Origin: a virus
IMG/VR virus record: IMGVR_UViG_3300045988_112188
Location: 1-13,257 of that record
Length of the DNA: 13,257 bases
Direction: 5' to 3' (one strand)
The notes beneath the pieces were generated by a model that saw only the letters and a list, made by a program, of their open reading frames with translations, made no database searches and was not told where the DNA came from. Shown here in pieces: positions 11,751-13,257 of this stretch (the stretch's first letter is position 1; each line of letters starts with the position of its first letter). Position numbers and translations under genes: made by a program.

Positions 11751-13082
11751 ATGGCATTCTGGAATAAATTTCCTTTTACAAATTTTCACGAAATGAATCT
11801 GGATTGGTTAATTGCTACCATGAAAGAATTAACGGACGGTTTTAATGTTCTTGACAATAGTGTTAAACAGCAGTTAAAAGACTTTAACACCACAATGACT
11901 AACACGCTCACTTCTCAGAATACGAAGATTAACGACTTTGTTAATAATTATGAAGCGAAAGTTAATGATATTCCGAATCAGGTGTTGAAAGACGTTAGAA
12001 CTGTTATGCATGATTATGAAACCGCTGGCGTTTTTGAAGAAATTATTGAAGAAACATATGGAGCAGTAAGTTATTTAAATGACATGCAGAACAAAAAAAT
12101 TGTACTTCTCGGAGACAGTTTAACAGATGAAACTAGGTCTGTAAGTTGGGTTAAAAGCTTTAAGAACATGCTGACGAATACAGGCTGTACCGTATTAAGT
12201 TATGCTAAGTCTGGAGAAAAAATGGCAGAACAGGCTACGAGATTCGAAGCATGTACCGTAAAACCAGATATTCTGTGGATATGGTGTGGTATTAATGATG
12301 TGAGAGATCAGACAAGTTTATCTGCATTAGATACCGCTTTGGATAAGATAAGAACAAAAGTACAGAAACTTAATCCAAAATGTCAGGTGTATCTAATGAG
12401 TACATACAAAAATAATAGAGGTATGCAGTCAGGATGGATTATTCCGCAAACAGCATATTGGCGTTATATGAGTCAGTACGCTATAATCAACGGATGGACT
12501 TTTATTGATGGATTTTCAAGTGCGCCTGTTATTACACCAGAGACATCAATTATGCAGAGTACTTTTTATTCTGAAACCGACGGACATTATTTACATTACA
12601 CAGCCGCTTACACCGATATTTTAGCAAGATGGATTTTAAATTGCATGATTAATCAGTCACCCGTTCCATTAGGAGACTATAAAGAACTTGTTCCAGCGGC
12701 TAACTTTTCAGCAAAAATCAATGCAACCTCTAAGTTTGTACCTAACAGTGGTGGTACATTCTGTGAATTCGGAACACATATGGTTCATGTAAGATTAGTG
12801 GGTGCTTTCACGCCAGGCTCTAATAGTCCGCAATACACTAAAATTTGTACGTTGCCAGAATTTTGTAGACCAAAACAGACTTTAGGACATGAACTTGCTT
12901 TTCGTGGTGGTGGTATTGGTTCTGATGGTGGTCAGTATGTAGTTCCTGTTTATCTTGATTCTGATGGTAGTGTTTATTTTTATAACAGGTCATTGACATT
13001 AGAAAGTTTCACCTCAGCCACATTGTCGTGTGATATTTATATTCACGACCTTAAAACTGATTGGGAGAGAACAGCTTCCTAA
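11751..13082 (+). CDS. Tail appendage / receptor-binding protein with a central SGNH (GDSL) esterase domain, 443 aa
   Basis: AGGAGG lies 7 nt before the ATG. The N-terminal FPFTNFHEMNLDWLI plus a coiled-coil-like segment is typical of virion-anchoring N-termini in small podophage fibres. SGNH block I is IVLLGDSLTDE, block II is SGEKM, block III is WCGINDV, and a block V-like TDGHYLH is present. A roughly 130-aa beta-rich C-terminal domain follows. It is the last gene of the late operon. Confidence 0.7.
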   Translation: MAFWNKFPFTNFHEMNLDWLIATMKELTDGFNVLDNSVKQQLKDFNTTMTNTLTSQNTKINDFVNNYEAKVNDIPNQVLKDVRTVMHDYETAGVFEEIIEETYGAVSYLNDMQNKKIVLLGDSLTDETRSVSWVKSFKNMLTNTGCTVLSYAKSGEKMAEQATRFEACTVKPDILWIWCGINDVRDQTSLSALDTALDKIRTKVQKLNPKCQVYLMSTYKNNRGMQSGWIIPQTAYWRYMSQYAIINGWTFIDGFSSAPVITPETSIMQSTFYSETDGHYLHYTAAYTDILARWILNCMINQSPVPLGDYKELVPAANFSAKINATSKFVPNSGGTFCEFGTHMVHVRLVGAFTPGSNSPQYTKICTLPEFCRPKQTLGHELAFRGGGIGSDGGQYVVPVYLDSDGSVYFYNRSLTLESFTSATLSCDIYIHDLKTDWERTAS

Positions 13083-13087
13083 ACGTT

Positions 13088-13114
13088 AGGGTGACTTCGG
13101 TTGCCCTCTCTTTT
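13088..13114 (+). terminator. Intrinsic terminator of the rightward operon, inside the right ITR
   Basis: The plus-sense RNA reads AGGGUGAC-UUCG-GUUGCCCU, an 8-bp stem with two G.U pairs, followed by CUCUUUUC. It starts 6 nt after the last stop codon. It is a weaker copy of the left-end terminator, with a shorter stem and an interrupted U-tract. Confidence 0.6.
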
Positions 13115-13257
13115 CGCGAGTGAGTTAGTTGAAACTAACTTTGTTCCCGTCTAAGTTAAATGCTACTAACTCATGGGCGAAGCGACCGGAGGGAGCGAAG
13201 CCATTTCGAACATATGTTTGTGTTTCGTGTGCGTTCGCCGCGGACAGACTGGGTGGT
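13088..13257. repeat. Right inverted terminal repeat (ITR), 170 bp
   Basis: It is the reverse complement of 1-170 with 5 mismatches, and the window ends exactly at the repeat end. Confidence 0.95.

Noticed and set aside
10672-11757. Minus-strand ORFs at 10672-10902, 11079-11264, 11316-11585 and 11563-11757
   Set aside because: They are antisense to the portal, lower collar and appendage genes within a tightly packed, unidirectional late operon. None has an RBS.

Overview
The window begins and ends exactly at a 170-bp inverted terminal repeat (1-170 vs 13088-13257, 165/170 identical). I read it as the complete 13,257-bp linear genome of a very compact phi29-like, protein-primed podophage. The host is probably a low-GC Gram-positive bacterium, because the sequence is AT-rich by eye and nearly every gene has an AGGAG/GGTGA-type Shine-Dalgarno site.

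Two transcription units diverge from back-to-back sigma-A-type promoters at about 3641-3719.
- Leftward (replication/early): a 77-aa protein, a 27-aa membrane micro-ORF, an acidic 96-aa protein, a ribbon-helix-helix regulator, a basic 168-aa terminal-protein candidate, a family B protein-primed DNA polymerase (all exonuclease and polymerase motifs visible), and a 52-aa ORF.
- Rightward: a p6-like and a p5-like small DNA-binding protein candidate, a gp16-like packaging ATPase, a promoter-driven 91-nt three-way-junction RNA (candidate packaging RNA), a YvrJ-like membrane protein, a stand-alone SH3b protein, a scaffold candidate carrying a perfect (CCAGCA)12.5 repeat, the major capsid protein, a terminator, a gp9-like tail knob, a gp13-like tail lysozyme, the portal, a lower collar candidate, and an appendage protein with an SGNH/GDSL esterase domain.

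Both units end in UUCG-tetraloop terminators that lie inside the ITRs. I found no integrase, repressor module, tRNA, rRNA or CRISPR.

The most notable points are:
- the candidate pRNA with its own consensus promoter;
- a palindromic 15-18 bp motif (ATGTTTCAYGTGAAACAT-like) present three times just upstream of ribosome-binding sites;
- the 5'-ACCACC terminal reiteration;
- the atypical lysis gene set;
- the esterase-bearing receptor-binding protein.

All homology statements come from motif recognition and my recollection of phi29-family proteins, not from database searches.
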